Source: Ophelia neglecta
Lineage: Eukaryota
Length of the DNA: 64,000 bases
Assembly (NCBI GenBank): GCA_965285935.1
Contig: OZ260662.1
Location: 44,268,001-44,332,000 of the forward strand
Reading direction: 5' to 3'
Shown piece after piece: positions 49,201 through 63,100 of the stretch. The notes beneath the pieces were generated by a model. That model did not search any database, was not told where the DNA came from, and worked only from the letters and a program-made list of their open reading frames with translations. Position 1 is the first letter of the stretch. The number at the start of each line of letters is the position of its first letter. Both the position numbers and the translations under genes were made by a program.

Positions 49201-52200
49201 CATTAAAAAATGTGCAAAAATATAGCAAAAAAAAAAGTTATGAATTCCTGAAGGAGGATTTTGTTGAGGCCAAATTGACTTGCTCTCCATCAATCAGCGC
49301 ATCATATATTCAATGAAACGCGGGACGCCTGGAAGTTTTATTAATCGCGAGACAAAAGAGAGCTCGGCTCATTTCTTCTGATGTCCGGAGCAACCTGATG
49401 GTTCCCCTGACTGTAAGTTAGCCTCCGACAATGAACCCATTGTCGCTGTGTTACTTATTGTTTGCGGCCGTGATTGAATCCGACGGACATGTATTGAATA
49501 CAGTCAGCTGGGCGATGATTGTAAGCCGAAAGTTATTGCAATACTGTCAACACCCCCTTCCCCCAATTTTTAAAGTACCGTCCGCGTTTATATATATATA
49601 TATACATGTATATAATTTCGGTTTATATTTTCCCCTGCCATATAGGTATAGACTTCACTGTATTTTCGCGATTTTGCATAAAAGGATAAACTTTTTCCCA
49701 TCTGATAGAAAAGTGCACATTTGACAAACTTTATCGAATAATTTCCCTATAATAGTAAAAGACAACAACCTGTTAATACTCAATGTTTGCGCAAGTTTTT
49801 CTCTAGATTTTAAATCCAGACTTTATCTGTGTACTGCGGAAACAAATTAAGGACACTGTCCGGGTGTTTTTTTAAAGTTGGCTTTGAAAAGTTAGCAGCC
49901 CTGCAGCTCAAGCCGTTGCCCCTATAAGATGGCGATGAACGGTGACGTTAGGCGGACGCAGGCGTTGATATGGGCTGTCGATAAATATGCCTTTTTGTAC
50001 ATAATTGAAGCAGAATAGCTCTCCATTGCTTACAGCTGTCAAGGTCTCAGTGGTCATGCATACACCACAGGCAGCAGGTGTTTACATTAACTCTACACAT
50101 CGCCGGCTGGTGCCAATAGAGATGTCAACTTGGATGCTGCTCAAGCATTAAAAAAACTACTCACAGCGATAGGGTGAAAAGTGGAATAGCTATAAACCCA
50201 TTTTAAGTGGGGGCTGATGTCGTTGGTTGCAATATTGATTATGAGGCCGGGCCCTTTCCGAATAGAATTGAAGAAAGACTGGGTGGACAGAAATATAAAT
50301 TGCAAAATTGAATTTCTGACAGCATGCAACATGACTGTGCTAGGCGTATTACTGTGCCCAAATAGTTTCCAGTAAAGCAACCTTTGCATGTACATGAGCG
50401 GCCAAAGAGACGACCGACATATTAAGACGAGTATGTATTTTTGTTAGTATTTTGGAGAAACCAGTATTATACATTATCTGCCAATGGCGTTCAGCCATGT
50501 CAGACACGGAAGTGAAGGTCGCCGTCATGTCAACGTGTGATGAGAGTTGGGAATGGGGCGAGTTAGAATTAAACTGTGCGACCTTCTGTCTTAGTTTGTG
50601 AATCCAGCTGAATAAATCATTTTTCGTCTACAACTGATTAGCTGGAGGTTTATTCCCTCAATATTTCCCTGTGATTGTAAGAGCATCGGTCTACAAAGTA
50701 TGGGACTATAGGACCCATAAAAATGCAAATATACCTTGAATATAGCATAGTATCTAGGAGGAAAAAGCGACCCGCAGGACGACCAAGGCCTCATTCTTAG
50801 TAGACCCATAACTTAACACCCGGTAAAATAGGCATAAGAAAATATTTCACCCTAAACAAGAGGACTTTTGCTTGATTTTAGTTGTCTTTGTGGGCTTATA
50901 ACTTCGTATGCACGCCTTCCATATACCAGGACGCACTGCACTTATTTTTCCAAAGTATGCAAATGGCGGTTCCAAAAGACAAGGTTTAGTGGTTTTTCGG
51001 GCCATGATGTCACGTGATATAGTTTAAACAATATGCCTAACACTGTCTGCCGTGTCACAAAATATAAAATCTAAATTTTGTATCTAAAGCATACTTCATA
51101 TTTGACGTTAAAAGTGTCCGACATGAGGACGCGTCCGAGCGGAGGGTGTTTCACACTTACCTTATTCAGACGGGCTAGCTCGTTAGCAGGCTATGGTGGC
51201 TTTTTGCTGAATATGCAGACTAGCGATTACTTTGAAAATAATATGTGCTGAAAAGGAAAAAAAAGGCAATCTGTTTTCGGCGCCCGCGCAAGCGCTGCTA
51301 TCATTACTGTAATATTATCTTCTTCCGGTTCAGATCATTAAGATAGATAACTAGCGCCCCCATCCGTTTCGCCCCCTTATACTGCCTCAGGGATAACTCT
51401 ACCTGCAATATTTACTAGCATCGTCAGCCATGAACTCAATTAGATTGGAAAATGGAAAAGAAGCCCCCCGGAGTTATCTTTCATGTATCAACACATAGAT
51501 GCTGCTAAAACACGAATTAGAGGCTGTCCGCCAATGAATCAGACGACACAAAGCCTATTTTTTCATGCGTAAAGGCTGATGAGGACGATGTCTAATCAGT
51601 AATCTGATTAAACGTGGCTCCGAGCAGTTGGAGCCTTATTATTGTTCAACGCATCAGGCACGAGTCGACGATAATAAACAAACAGTCATATGGAATTTAC
51701 CACAGCAAAATGGGCCCAAAAATCATAGACGCCAAATATCGATCATATTGCTCGACAGATATGTCTTCTGGTACAGGAAATGTCTGATTAGTTTAAACAG
51801 AGAATGAAGTATAACAGTCCTAATCATATCTCAATTAATCATTCAGATATAATTAAAACGTAAAAAAACGTTAAGATTATATTAATAGTCACATTTAAAT
51901 ATATTTTAAAAATAAGTTAAGGCCTACATGTATTTTTTATCAAACCCGTAAACCACTACTGGCTTGTAGGCTTCACAAAGAAAGAAAATTAATAATGTGT
52001 CTTAAGTAGACACGGAAATCTCAAATTGAATATACTTGTATATCCATATTGCCCAATAGATCCAAGAGACATTGTTATGAAGCTAGGCTTTGTACAAAAA
52101 AATTACAAGAATGTATAAGAATGGTACAAGAATGAATAATATGTGTGACAGAGATGTTTTCCAATAGGAAATGCCCTATTTCAGCTCAGAATAAAACAGT

Positions 52201-54481
52201 GTCCTTAGCCAGTGGAGGACACAACGTTTCTTGATTATACGTAATGCGTTCCTTGGTTTAGAAAACGAAACCAACTTGGGATATTTTGTCTTAAACATTC
52301 TACATACTTATCAATCATGAGAGATTAGTCTTAAGCCTAGCATGGCGGGATTTCTATTCTTCCTGAAAGCGGCTTCCGCGACAGTAGAACCATTCGGTAG
52401 TGCTGCCTAGGCAACTTCACTGTTTTCACACTGCCCTTATCAGGAAGTCGCCAGTGGCAAGAGAGGGACACCGTGGGGGGAAAGGGGACCACTTTAAGGG
52501 CCTCAGAAAACAATTATTATGCTTGGGTATTTTTCAAGCGATAGATCTCATCAGTGGAAGTGGGCAGCCCCACCACGAATGGTTCTATATAGGCGATTTT
52601 TCTAGACCAGGGACCGTTTGTTATTGCTCATCTGGCAGATAATGACACATTATCGAGCGTTATATAAGAACAGCAGCCTTTTTTTTAGATATTGTGGCAT
52701 ATACGTGCAATTCATCAAGTAGCCTTAATCTCGCAAAATATTTCAAAAGCCTTTGTTTTTACAATCCTGTTTTTATACTCATAGGTTGACATTGTCTATT
52801 TTTCATTTTTATGTGGTGTAAAAGATTAATATGTGCCAGGTGTTTAGGAGGAGTAGTAACCTTTCATACACGCAACATAGTTCGGTTCCCGCGATGTTTT
52901 GGCCAAGCGAAATATACTTACGTTGGACTAAATACAATAGGTCTCGAGCAGACGGTGAAAAAACCAATCATTTCTTCATGTGCATTTCTTGAGGGGGGGG
53001 GGGGGGCTTCGTGGTATGGTAATTCTCATGGCGCTGGGGCATAAACATTCATGGGGAGGAAAGTTAAATTTCTCTAGCGTCCATGGATTCCTCTCAATCC
53101 ATTGAGTAGGTAAGCAAATCGACCCGGTGCCGACTGAAGACATAAACGTCGGAATAAATTATACCACAAGAAAGCACCAAACATGCAGAAAACTTGGTTT
53201 CACATATCTCAGTGTTTGCCTTCAGCGTGAATGATCTAGGTGTAATGGAGAATGACTAGGATGTCATAACCTCGGCACTCATTGTACATTGCTTGGGCAA
53301 ATCAATCATCAGAAATTCGACCATGTCAAAATTAGTTCTTGTTCTTTCAAGATCCGTTGCATCATCCAAATCCTCTATCAATTAGGGGATTTGGAGTGGC
53401 GTTGTTTGCGCTTAGTCAGTGTATAATTGGAAGGAATTGGAATGCTATCAGAGAGGGCTTGCCATTCATTTACCCGACCAGTCCTATGTAAAGGAATGTG
53501 GTTCACGCCTGAAAACGAAAACTTCATCTGAACCTAGTAAACTTGAGGTCAATGTCGAGTCTGCATGGGAGGCAAAGGAATTCTCATGTCGATTTATTTC
53601 AAAATATCCGAAAATTCCGCAGAGCTTAAATCGAGTGAGTGGAAATGACAGAACGGAGGTCTCATGCCAAAGTTCCTATTTTTTGTCACTCTCGTCCGGT
53701 AAATTGTTATTAACGACTTGATACAGAAGAAAATTTGTTCCAGCTATTTTGAAAAACAAGAAACCTAGACCTTGTTTATGTTAGTTTTTCCATTTCAGGC
53801 TTTTTAGAATGTTACCCTTTCTTCTAGTTGACAGAGTGGGTTCGATGAATAATTAAATGCATGTACATCTAGGATTGAGCCGCCAAGCCAGGGTCGCCCC
53901 TATAGTATGGTAATAGAAACCACGCTTAACCTGGTATGGATTAGAGACAACAATAAAGTTAGATTGGATGAAGATAACGCACGTATAAGGACTATTTTGA
54001 TGCCTAAATTGTCCGAATTGATCAGGCATTCACGATGCCTAGTTCCATGTTTGATCGAGTTAATGGCAAATTATCTCTTGGTGGATTACCTCATAACGGC
54101 CTAGGCCTAATCTAGAATATCTTAAGAAGCCAGGACGCAACTCACCGCATGGTATGCATATAAACTGAAATGTTTCCTACCATTCAAATACGATACAGGA
54201 AGAAAGTCCCAACAAGTGCCCTGGATGATCAAATAAACCGTACGCCGAATTCACTTATGTGTAACAAAAGCTAAATCGATAATCTCGATGAAATCATGTA
54301 TGCTATGTAGTCATGGTACCTCCAGTCTGACAAAACCTGGACTGTTAGGGTCTGACGGAAAGAGAATTAAATTCCTGTCACTTCCACCTTCATTGATGTA
54401 ATTTATGTGTGCTTGTTTGAAGGGGAGCGGGTTAACAAAGGTTACTTTGTGAGCAGGACCTCAAGCTTATAGAAGAGCGCT

Positions 54482-56463
54482 TGGGAGATAACACGGTACG
54501 TGGAGCCGAGACTGGAACCGGAAGTAATGCCGCGGAGTTTATGACCTAGTTTAATATGCATCTAACGTGTTTAAATACGGGTCAACCAACATGAAAGCCA
54601 TTTCAGGGACAACCAATAAATAAGCTATATTGTGTTTCTGGGGAAATTCTAATTTCATCTTACACAAAGGTTAAATGGGAACAAATTGCCTTGTCATGAA
54701 TTTAGTCCTCGAGAGAACAATTTAGCCTCCAATTGTAAACGTAGGAACCGTCTCTTTGCATAAATAACATAATGCTTCGTTAATGTTCTTCGTGTCATGT
54801 TTTCTTAAGCCAATTTATCGTTTATCGCATGTTTAACGAATATAGAATTTAATTTCATAGGACTCAGGCTAGTTACTAACAACACCTGGCCTGCTCGTGT
54901 GGAAGGTGCTTTGTGACTTCCATTGATAGGCCTTATCTTATCAGGATCTTAATACTGGCATGGCTACAGACGGATAATCTCCACTATCCAACCTGACAGA
55001 AAATAAGTCACTCACTCACGTGATACTTTTAAAGCAAAAAAAAAAGGAAAGGAAAAAGAAACAGAGGCATGCATCAAAAGATCAATTCAAAAGCCATAAA
55101 AATAAATACCTCTCTACTAAGTACATCTCCACAGTACAATGAATAACATCAATATTTTGTTTCCAGCCTAAAATATATTGATGTATAGGCCTAAAGAAAC
55201 AGAATATGCACGAACAATCCCTACTACAATAGTGAAGAAGAACTGGAGAACGCCAACCCAAACCCCAAATTAGGGCCAATAACTTTTGGGACAATTCACC
55301 TACAAAAATGTTTAATCAGGCTCAGGAATTCATCCAGACGGCAGAGGGAAAACGTAAAATAAAATATTCCAATGTGGCTAATGTCTGGACCAGGAATTTC
55401 ATCCATAAAACCAAGTTTTAGCATAAATTATGCCAATAAGGACTAAATATGTCAGATACAACATTTTTGAGCCATTCCACCTAATAGATTCAACGGGCTA
55501 TAGTTTCAGGATCAGGAATCTGTCCAGAGGGTCATAGGAAATAAATTAGCTAAAATACAGTTGTCTCTATACATAAAAAAAAAACAAGCATCAAATGTGA
55601 CCAATTCTAATTAGCTTTCATATACAGTGGAACCTGCCTCAAAGACCACCTCTATAATTAGACCACCTGCCAATTCATACCACTAACATGATGACCATGT
55701 TGTATACTTTCAATGTTAAATAACCTGTCTAAACAGAACACCTCCAAAATCAGATCAGCAACTTCTGGTCCCTTGGGTGGTCTTAATTCACAGGTTTCAC
55801 TGTATATATGATGTGTTGCATTGACCCCTAGTGGGTAATATGCAAACTAAATAGGCTCAACTAAACTATACATGTACATGAATACCAATAAGGACGTGCA
55901 TGTCACCCTTGCTGTCCTGCACATAAACAAAACGGCCCCACATCTTCATATTGGTCCCTTACAACTCATGAACAGAGAAATTGTATAACTGTAAAATAAG
56001 CCACTTTGCTGCTATAAAACTTATTATAACACAATAAAACGAGGCTGGCTATGAAATATAACTAATCTCAAATTAGCTATTGTCTAATGCACACATTTAT
56101 TAATATGGTCAAACGAACTTCTTAAGTAATTGTACATTTGTTCAAGACATCAAACACAAATATAATTAACGAGAGCGATAAATCCGATTGAGCAAGCCTT
56201 GTACAATGTCGATAAACCATCACAAATGATTCATTTATCAATATCCTGGCAGTTAGTGACTCGTTCATCTGACGATCGTCTCCGTTAGTCTATAATAATG
56301 TGGAGATAACGATGAGCGATGAAAGAAGCTAATTATACAATCTCGTGCCACCCACTCAGTAACGGCGGACTGCTGCCTCGAAGGGTCATAACCGACGCTC
56401 TGACTCAAAGGTTTGCACATCAGGGGAAACAGGCCTCGGCTCCACGTACCGTGTTATCTCCCA
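54482..56463. mobile_element. About 2-kb non-coding element bounded by perfect 29-bp inverted repeats
   Basis: TGGGAGATAACACGGTACGTGGAGCCGAG at 54482-54510 and its exact reverse complement at 56435-56463; no TSD found. Confidence 0.7.
55625..55802 (+). mobile_element. 178-bp MITE, copy 3, nested in the 2-kb element
   Basis: CAGTGGAACCTG...CAGGTTTCACTG with TA flanks; colinear with copy 1. Confidence 0.9.
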
Positions 56464-56541
56464 CATAATCGGTGTCATGCAAGAAGTGTTTCTGTGTATG
56501 TTTGTGAAGTCGATATGTGTATATAATCTTTCATCACCTTA

Positions 56542-56962
56542 TGTTAGGGCAGACAGGGGCGATGTCTACCCGGGACGCATTAAGACACACAAGGAGACTC
56601 AACTGATGACATAGGCCTTTTCAGCGTTTATTTCAACCATACGTTGTCACCGTGAAAACTACAACAAAACAATATGACCATGAAATACAGCTTACACCTG
56701 CTGGTATTAGTAATATCTATGGCTTCCGATTAAAGTTATTAAACGTAACACTAATTACCTCCTTGGTCCCTTTACTTTCGACTAAAATCTCCTTAAAATG
56801 TTGACACGTCGAGAAGGAGGACAGCCATCTCACTGGCCATCTGGCGTACCACGCAAAATCAAAAACTGGTGCAGCCACCAAGCGCTAGCTGCGCAAACTA
56901 ATATCAGAGAAAGCTAGGTAGTTTAAAATAAGTAGTGCATTAGTAGTGCAGCTACTGTTACA
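56542..56962 (-). repeat. 3' LTR of the BEL/Pao element (about 421 bp)
   Basis: Minus strand: purine-rich AAGGCGAGGTG directly before TGTAACA at 56962; AATAAA at 56632-56627; candidate end TAACA at 56542. The distal boundary is unconfirmed because the 5' LTR is outside the window. Confidence 0.65.
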
Positions 56963-57171
56963 CACCTCGCCTTAAATTTACTGACCCTAAATTTAACAAT
57001 TAACATACTCCAATGCAAACTACACAACTGGGGAGTTTACGAAACTAAAACTCTACCAAAAGAAATATCGGTAATGCAATGACAACCGCATGACAGGAAA
57101 GCATATTAGAATGACGTATAACTACTAAAAAAAATACGGAAGGACAATCGCGCTAATCGGCTCCGATCACT

Positions 57172-60100
57172 CTAATTGCTCTCAACCAACAGGACAACCT
57201 TATGAATTGGCCGTTCCAAATAGGTGTCGCCAACCTTAAGTCTGACCCTGCGGACGTGACCGTCCGATCCAGGGAAGACCTCCTTGATAATTGCCATGGG
57301 CCACTGATTTCGTGGTGCCTCCTCCTTGATAATCACAACATCTCCCACGGCCATATCCCTGCTGGGCCGACACCAACGTTGTCTCACCTGCAGGTTTTGG
57401 AGGTATTCTCTCCTCCATCTGTGCCAAAATTCGTTCGCCAGGTGTTGTACCCTGCGCCAACGTTTCCGTGCATAGAGATCTTCTGGCGGGAAGACTCCTG
57501 GAGGTGGTAGAAGGTTACGGGACTTCATAGTGAGGAGGTGATTTGGGGTGAGTGGCTCTGCAGAAGCTGGATCGTTCAGGTTCTGCACCGTAAGGGGTCT
57601 GCTGTTGACAACTGCAGCTGCCTCTGCCATAAGCGTGCGTAGGCACTCATCATCTAACTGCAGGCCGGCGTGATTCAAGAGAGCATCCAAAACTCGCCGT
57701 ATGGAACGAATCTGACGTTCCCACACTCCGCCCATATGGCTAGAGTGTGGGAAATTCATATTGAAGTCGAACAGGTCACATTCCCTTTGAAGCAGGAAGT
57801 TCCTTATCTGGTCTGTGTCCATTTCTTCCACAGACTTTCTCAACTCATTGTCTGCCCCCACGAAATTGGTTCCTCTGTCGCATCGTAGCTCTCTGATGGG
57901 CCCTCTCAATGCAAAAAACCGACGAAGGGCGTTGATGAATGAGTCTGTTGTCAACCAGCTAGCGACCTCCACGTGCACTGCCCGTGAGGCTAAGCAGGTA
58001 AATAATACGGCGTATCTCTTAACTTCTCTACGCCCCTCCTTGATCCGCCATGGACCAAAAGGATCCACTCCCGAATAAGTAAATGGAGGCGAGGGATCGA
58101 GACGATCTTGTGGGAGATCTGCCATCTTCTGTAGCTGTGTTTGGCTGTGTAGTTTCCGACAAACTACACATTTGGAAATGTACTCTGCCACGGCTCCACT
58201 ACAACCAACAATCCAGAAACCATTGGAACGAATGGTATTGGTTGTGAGACCACGGCCCTGATGCTCACAAAGCTGGTGAAAGTACCGGATCACCAGTGTA
58301 GTAATGTGATGTCTTCTTGGGAGAATCACAGGGTGTTTGATACCTGTGGAGAAGTCAGACAGACGCAATCTTCCGCCAACTCGCATGACGCCGTCACCAT
58401 CCAGGAAGGGGTCCAATCTGTATAGAGAACTGGACTTTCTTAGGCTCTTCTTGCGAATCTGTGTGCTTCTTCTGTCTGCATCATCCCTGACATCAAGTGA
58501 CTCTAACAGCTCGAGTTCACACAGGAAGGACTCTTTCTGGGTAAATTTTACAATTTCCGTTTCAGCCGAGATGAGGTCCTTCGTCTGGACTGGCAGGTAA
58601 GTAGACCTATCCTCACCCGTGGTTCTTCCTTGACGAGACCTGGAAAGCAGGATTGACTTCAACTTGAGACAGACAGCCACGGCTCTCTTCAACTTATGCC
58701 AATCCGAGAAACGTGTGAGGCGACGTAGCATGTCAGTCTCAGGTAACGACTGAGTAGTGTGTGTTGCAGCACTTCTTATCTCAGGGTCGGTCTGAGAAAC
58801 ACTTTGTCCAGCATGGTCCTCTTGTAAAGCCGGGATGTCCTGTTCCCAAAGGAAGTCTGGACCTGTCAGCCACCTGGACCTTTCAAGAAACTCCACAGGA
58901 TTCATACCACGGGAACCCTCGTCCGCTGGGTTTTGGTCAGTACTCACATGATGCCACTGGGATGGCTCGGAGGAATCCCGAATGAGCTGAATTCTGTTGG
59001 CGACGAAAATGTGGAAACGACGTGCATCGTTTCCAATATAACCCAGGACTACCCTGCTGTCAGTCCAAAACCAATGTGAAGCATCGCTGTAGTTCAGCTC
59101 CCTTCTAAGTTTGCAGCTGACTTTAACAGAGACAACGGCTGCATTTAGCTCAAGACGCGGGACAGTGATTTGTCTCAGAGGCGTAACACGGGCCTTGCCC
59201 ATGACTAGAGAGCAATGGACACGATCTGAGACATCCACGAGACGAATGTAGGAGCACTGTCCGTAGCCAGTAAGACTGGCATCTGAGAAGTTATGAAACT
59301 GCACATATTTCACTTCTCCGAACCCTTGTGGTTTGTAGCACCTGGGAATGTTGAGAGACTGGAGTAAGAACAGTCCTTCTCTCCATCTTTCCCATTTAGG
59401 TCTCAACTCGTCTGGCAGTGGGCTATCCCAATCTGCATGAGACCTACACATTTCTTGTAGGATCTGTTTTCCAACAAGAATAATAGGCGCTATGAATCCT
59501 AACGGATCATAGACCGAACAAACAGTTGACAATATTCCGCGTCTGGTAAGAGGATTGTCTTTCAGTGTAATACGGAACTGAAAGGAATCAGAACTGATGC
59601 TCCATTGGATTCCCAGAGCTCGCTCGATTGGCATCGCATTGTCTGAGAACTCAATACTCGCGAGCCCAGTTGTACGGTCCTCTTCAGGGACTGCGTCGAT
59701 AACACTGGCTGAGCTTGAGACAAACTTGTGCAGTTGTAGGCCTCCCTTAGCACAGAGCGCTTTTGTTTGTGAGATCAGACTCACAGCTACATCTGAGGTC
59801 TGGACAGATTTCAGTCCGTCGTCCACATAGAAATTTCGCAGCACAAATTCTGAAACCTCAGGATCAAACTCGCTGCCATGATCTTTGACCACCTGACGTA
59901 GGCCATAAGCTGCACATCCTGGAGAGGACACTGCTCCAAAGATGTGAACTTTCATGCGATACGGCACCAAAGTACCCTGAGCATCCCACCAAATAAAACG
60001 TAGGTAGTCGCGGTGCTCCGGGCTTACACGAAATTGGTGAAACATTTGCTTTATGTCGCAGATGAACGCCACTGGCTCTTCACGAAATCTGCACAATACT

Positions 60101-63100
60101 CCAAACAAAGCATTCAGTTGATCGGGTCCCTGCAGCAGGTGATCGTTTAGGGACTGACCCCGGAACCTGGCGCTGCAATCAAACACTATACGTATCTTCT
60201 TCTTCTTGGCGTGATACACACCATGGTGCGGTATGTACCACAAGTGACCATCTTCTCTAGCGATCTGGGTCTCTGGCACCCTTTCCGCATATCCCCTATC
60301 TAACAGGTCATTCATAAATGAAGTGTAGTCCTGGAGAAAATCAGGGTTTCCTTTGAAGCGGCGCTCTAGTTGCTTAATACGATAGAATGCCATGTTGTGG
60401 TTGTTTGGTAGGCTTGGTTCTGGTCCTCTAAATGGCAATGGTATCTCGTAGTGTTGGTCTCTATCCTGATGGATACCTTTCTCTAATTTGGCCAAGAAAC
60501 TGCGATCCTCAAGAGAAACGAGCTTGTCCTCACCCTTGGTGTCTCGAAAATCTGACTCCAATAAGCTCGTCACTTGGAAGGGAGTCAACTCTTCCTTGAT
60601 ACTGGTTCGGAATGAGACGACCGAACCATACAACTGACCAACATGATGACTGACCCCAATTCTGTCGCTCAAGCAATCCTCTTGGTTATCTGGGTCCATC
60701 ATTCCCACGATCCCCCAACCAAGGTCAGTGCGCTGGGCAAATGGACCATTCCCAACCGGTGGAATGACTTCCCTAGGTGTGAGAGCCCTGGCACAATTGT
60801 AGCCAATCAGCATCCCCACCCCGCAGTTGCTTAACGGCATTAATTTGTTAGCGATTCTCGATAAGTGTGGCCACTGCTTTGCTAGCTCCGGAGTCGGGAT
60901 GTGGGAAAGGTTCGCGGGCATAATCTCTCTAGTATATGCTGGAGGTAGTGAGATCTGTTCTGATGTCTCCTGGTCGAAACCCCGCACTTTCAGCCCCTCG
61001 ATACGGCTGCTTTCCACCCTTTGACTCTTAGCAGACATAGTGGACAAGAGGAGAGTAACTTGAGGACCTTGAAGTCCCAGCAAGTCGCAAGTCTCCTGGA
61101 GAATAAACGTTGTGTCCGACTGCGTGTCGAGAAGAGCGTATGTAAGGACTTCCACCCCAGGGCCGTTACTGTGAGACACCCAAACAGGGACAGTCAAGGA
61201 ACACTTCCTGCCGGGACCAACACTGTTGAAGTGAGAAACATGTGGTTGCGGTTTGCCCGACCAATGTACCTGAGCTGCAGTCTCATCAGCTGTCGACCAA
61301 CCAACTGGATATCCTGGCTGCGTAGGCCCATCCACTGAGGCTACAGCCTGGTCGGCTTTATTTAGGATACTGGACTCACCATCAGTCTCACCAGCGACGG
61401 ACTTCCTCGATGAGCCTGCTCCGGATTGAGATACGTTTGCCGGCTGCCCTGTATTGCCGTGCAGAGAAGTAGGATGCCGTTTGGAGCATATCTGGCAAGT
61501 CTTCCTATTCTTACAGAACTTGGATCGGTGCCCAGTTCTCAGACATCCGAAGCAAAGACCACAATCCCTGGCCATATCCTTTCTCTCATCTACGGACTTC
61601 TTCAGAAACACCTTGCAGGTATCCACGTCATGCCCTTTTCCACAACAGATGCAGGGATCCATATCCACCTTTTCTGTCTTCTTTTTGAGTTCACCAGCTA
61701 ACGTTGTCAATGCGCGAGCACCTGAAGTTCGGGTATTTTTTTTCTTAGCGTATCCCTCACTATCGGCTACCCTGTCCTTCACCTTGAGGCCCTGAAGTGA
61801 TGTCACGGGATCACATGCGATGTCAGCCTCCTTTGTAATAAACTTTACAAATTTATGGAAGGTTGGAAAAGTTCCACTGGTTTCCTTCGTCTCGAATACC
61901 ACTCTGCCCCATCTGGCGACCACCCAGTCAGGAAGCTTTTGCAGCATCTTTTGATTCTCTCTGTCGTCGTTGAGAACGTTCAAGCTATCGATGCTTTTCA
62001 TGGCTACCTCGCATTGACCTAGGAAGTCGCCATACGATCGCAGGGCTGTGCCATCTCTCGGGGGGACTCTAGGCCACCGTTCCAACTTGTCCCGGAATGC
62101 CTTAGCGATGAGAAATGGATCGCCATATCTTTGATCCAACAGAGCCTTTGCCTCTTCAAAGGCTCCACCATTTGACAACAATAGGAAGCCCTCCACAGCC
62201 TGCTTGGCAGGTCCACCCAGGTATCTTCTCAAAAAATGTATCTTCTCTGGGTGTGGTATGCCTTTACGCTCGATTAGGGTGCCGAAGGATTCCTTCCAGC
62301 CAGGGTACTCCAATGGGTCGCCTGTGAAAACACCAGGTTCAGGCATGGGCAATCTACCAGCATTCAAAACAGACCTCAGCAAGTGGACCAGGTCACCCCG
62401 ACTGCCTACCTGAGACAGAGCAGCAGATGAACAACGTTCTGGCACCTGCGAGCCTCCTGTATCCTCTTCTTCCGGAAGTTGCAGCCCACCATGCTCCGAG
62501 GACTCAATTGGCAAATATTCACAAGGAGCAGGCGTCACTTTTTGTGGCAGCTGATCATCATTAGGTAAGTCATCTCGACTGGGCACCACGTCTTGTACCG
62601 CCTTGTCGGGTAAGCTCTCTTTTTTCTCCACACTCTGTAAATACTGATCTAGAAGCAACTTTCTCCCGTCAGGTACATCAGGAAGCTTGGGCTGATTTGA
62701 AACCTCTTGTGTGGTAGCACTGGCTAGCTTCGCTATCGCCTTGAACCTTGCCTCAGCCACATCTATTTCCTTTAAGGTCCTAAGCCTCTCTGCTTCTGCA
62801 CGCTGCTTTGCTTCAGCTTCAATGTATCGCAGTTCAGCTTTCAGGGCTGCTGCTTTGGCAGCAATATCTGCTTGTCTTGACATCATGGAAACAGCGGACT
62901 CTTGTGATCTGTGTGAAACGCGAGAGCCTTGACCACGGTTTGACGTAGAACTACGCTTGGAAATCATAGAACCAGCTTCCTCCAAGTCAAGCATCACATT
63001 AGTACACAAACCCATGAGGTTAAAATGATCCCTTTCAATAGCATCATATTGATCAAATAATCTTTCTTTCTCATCGGGATCTGCTTGAGAAAGTATACTG

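Noticed and set aside
51576-51600. CTGATGAGGACGATGTC hammerhead-like core
   Set aside because: Followed by TAAT rather than GAAA and no flanking stems.
482-53100. Many poly-C/poly-G tracts (e.g. 547, 1624, 10687, 11026, 41312, 45701, 46656, 48136, 52993)
   Set aside because: Several sit in what look like truncated MITE ends, but paired termini could not be shown; not called individually.
40100-54400. Short ORFs and GC-richer patches (43790-44160, 48390-48850, 50141-50395, 53100-53720)
   Set aside because: No recognisable domains or consistent exon chain; probably old repeat fragments, not assignable by eye.
57202-62932. Short + strand ORFs inside the BEL/Pao element
   Set aside because: Antisense shadows of the long coding frame with no recognisable domains.
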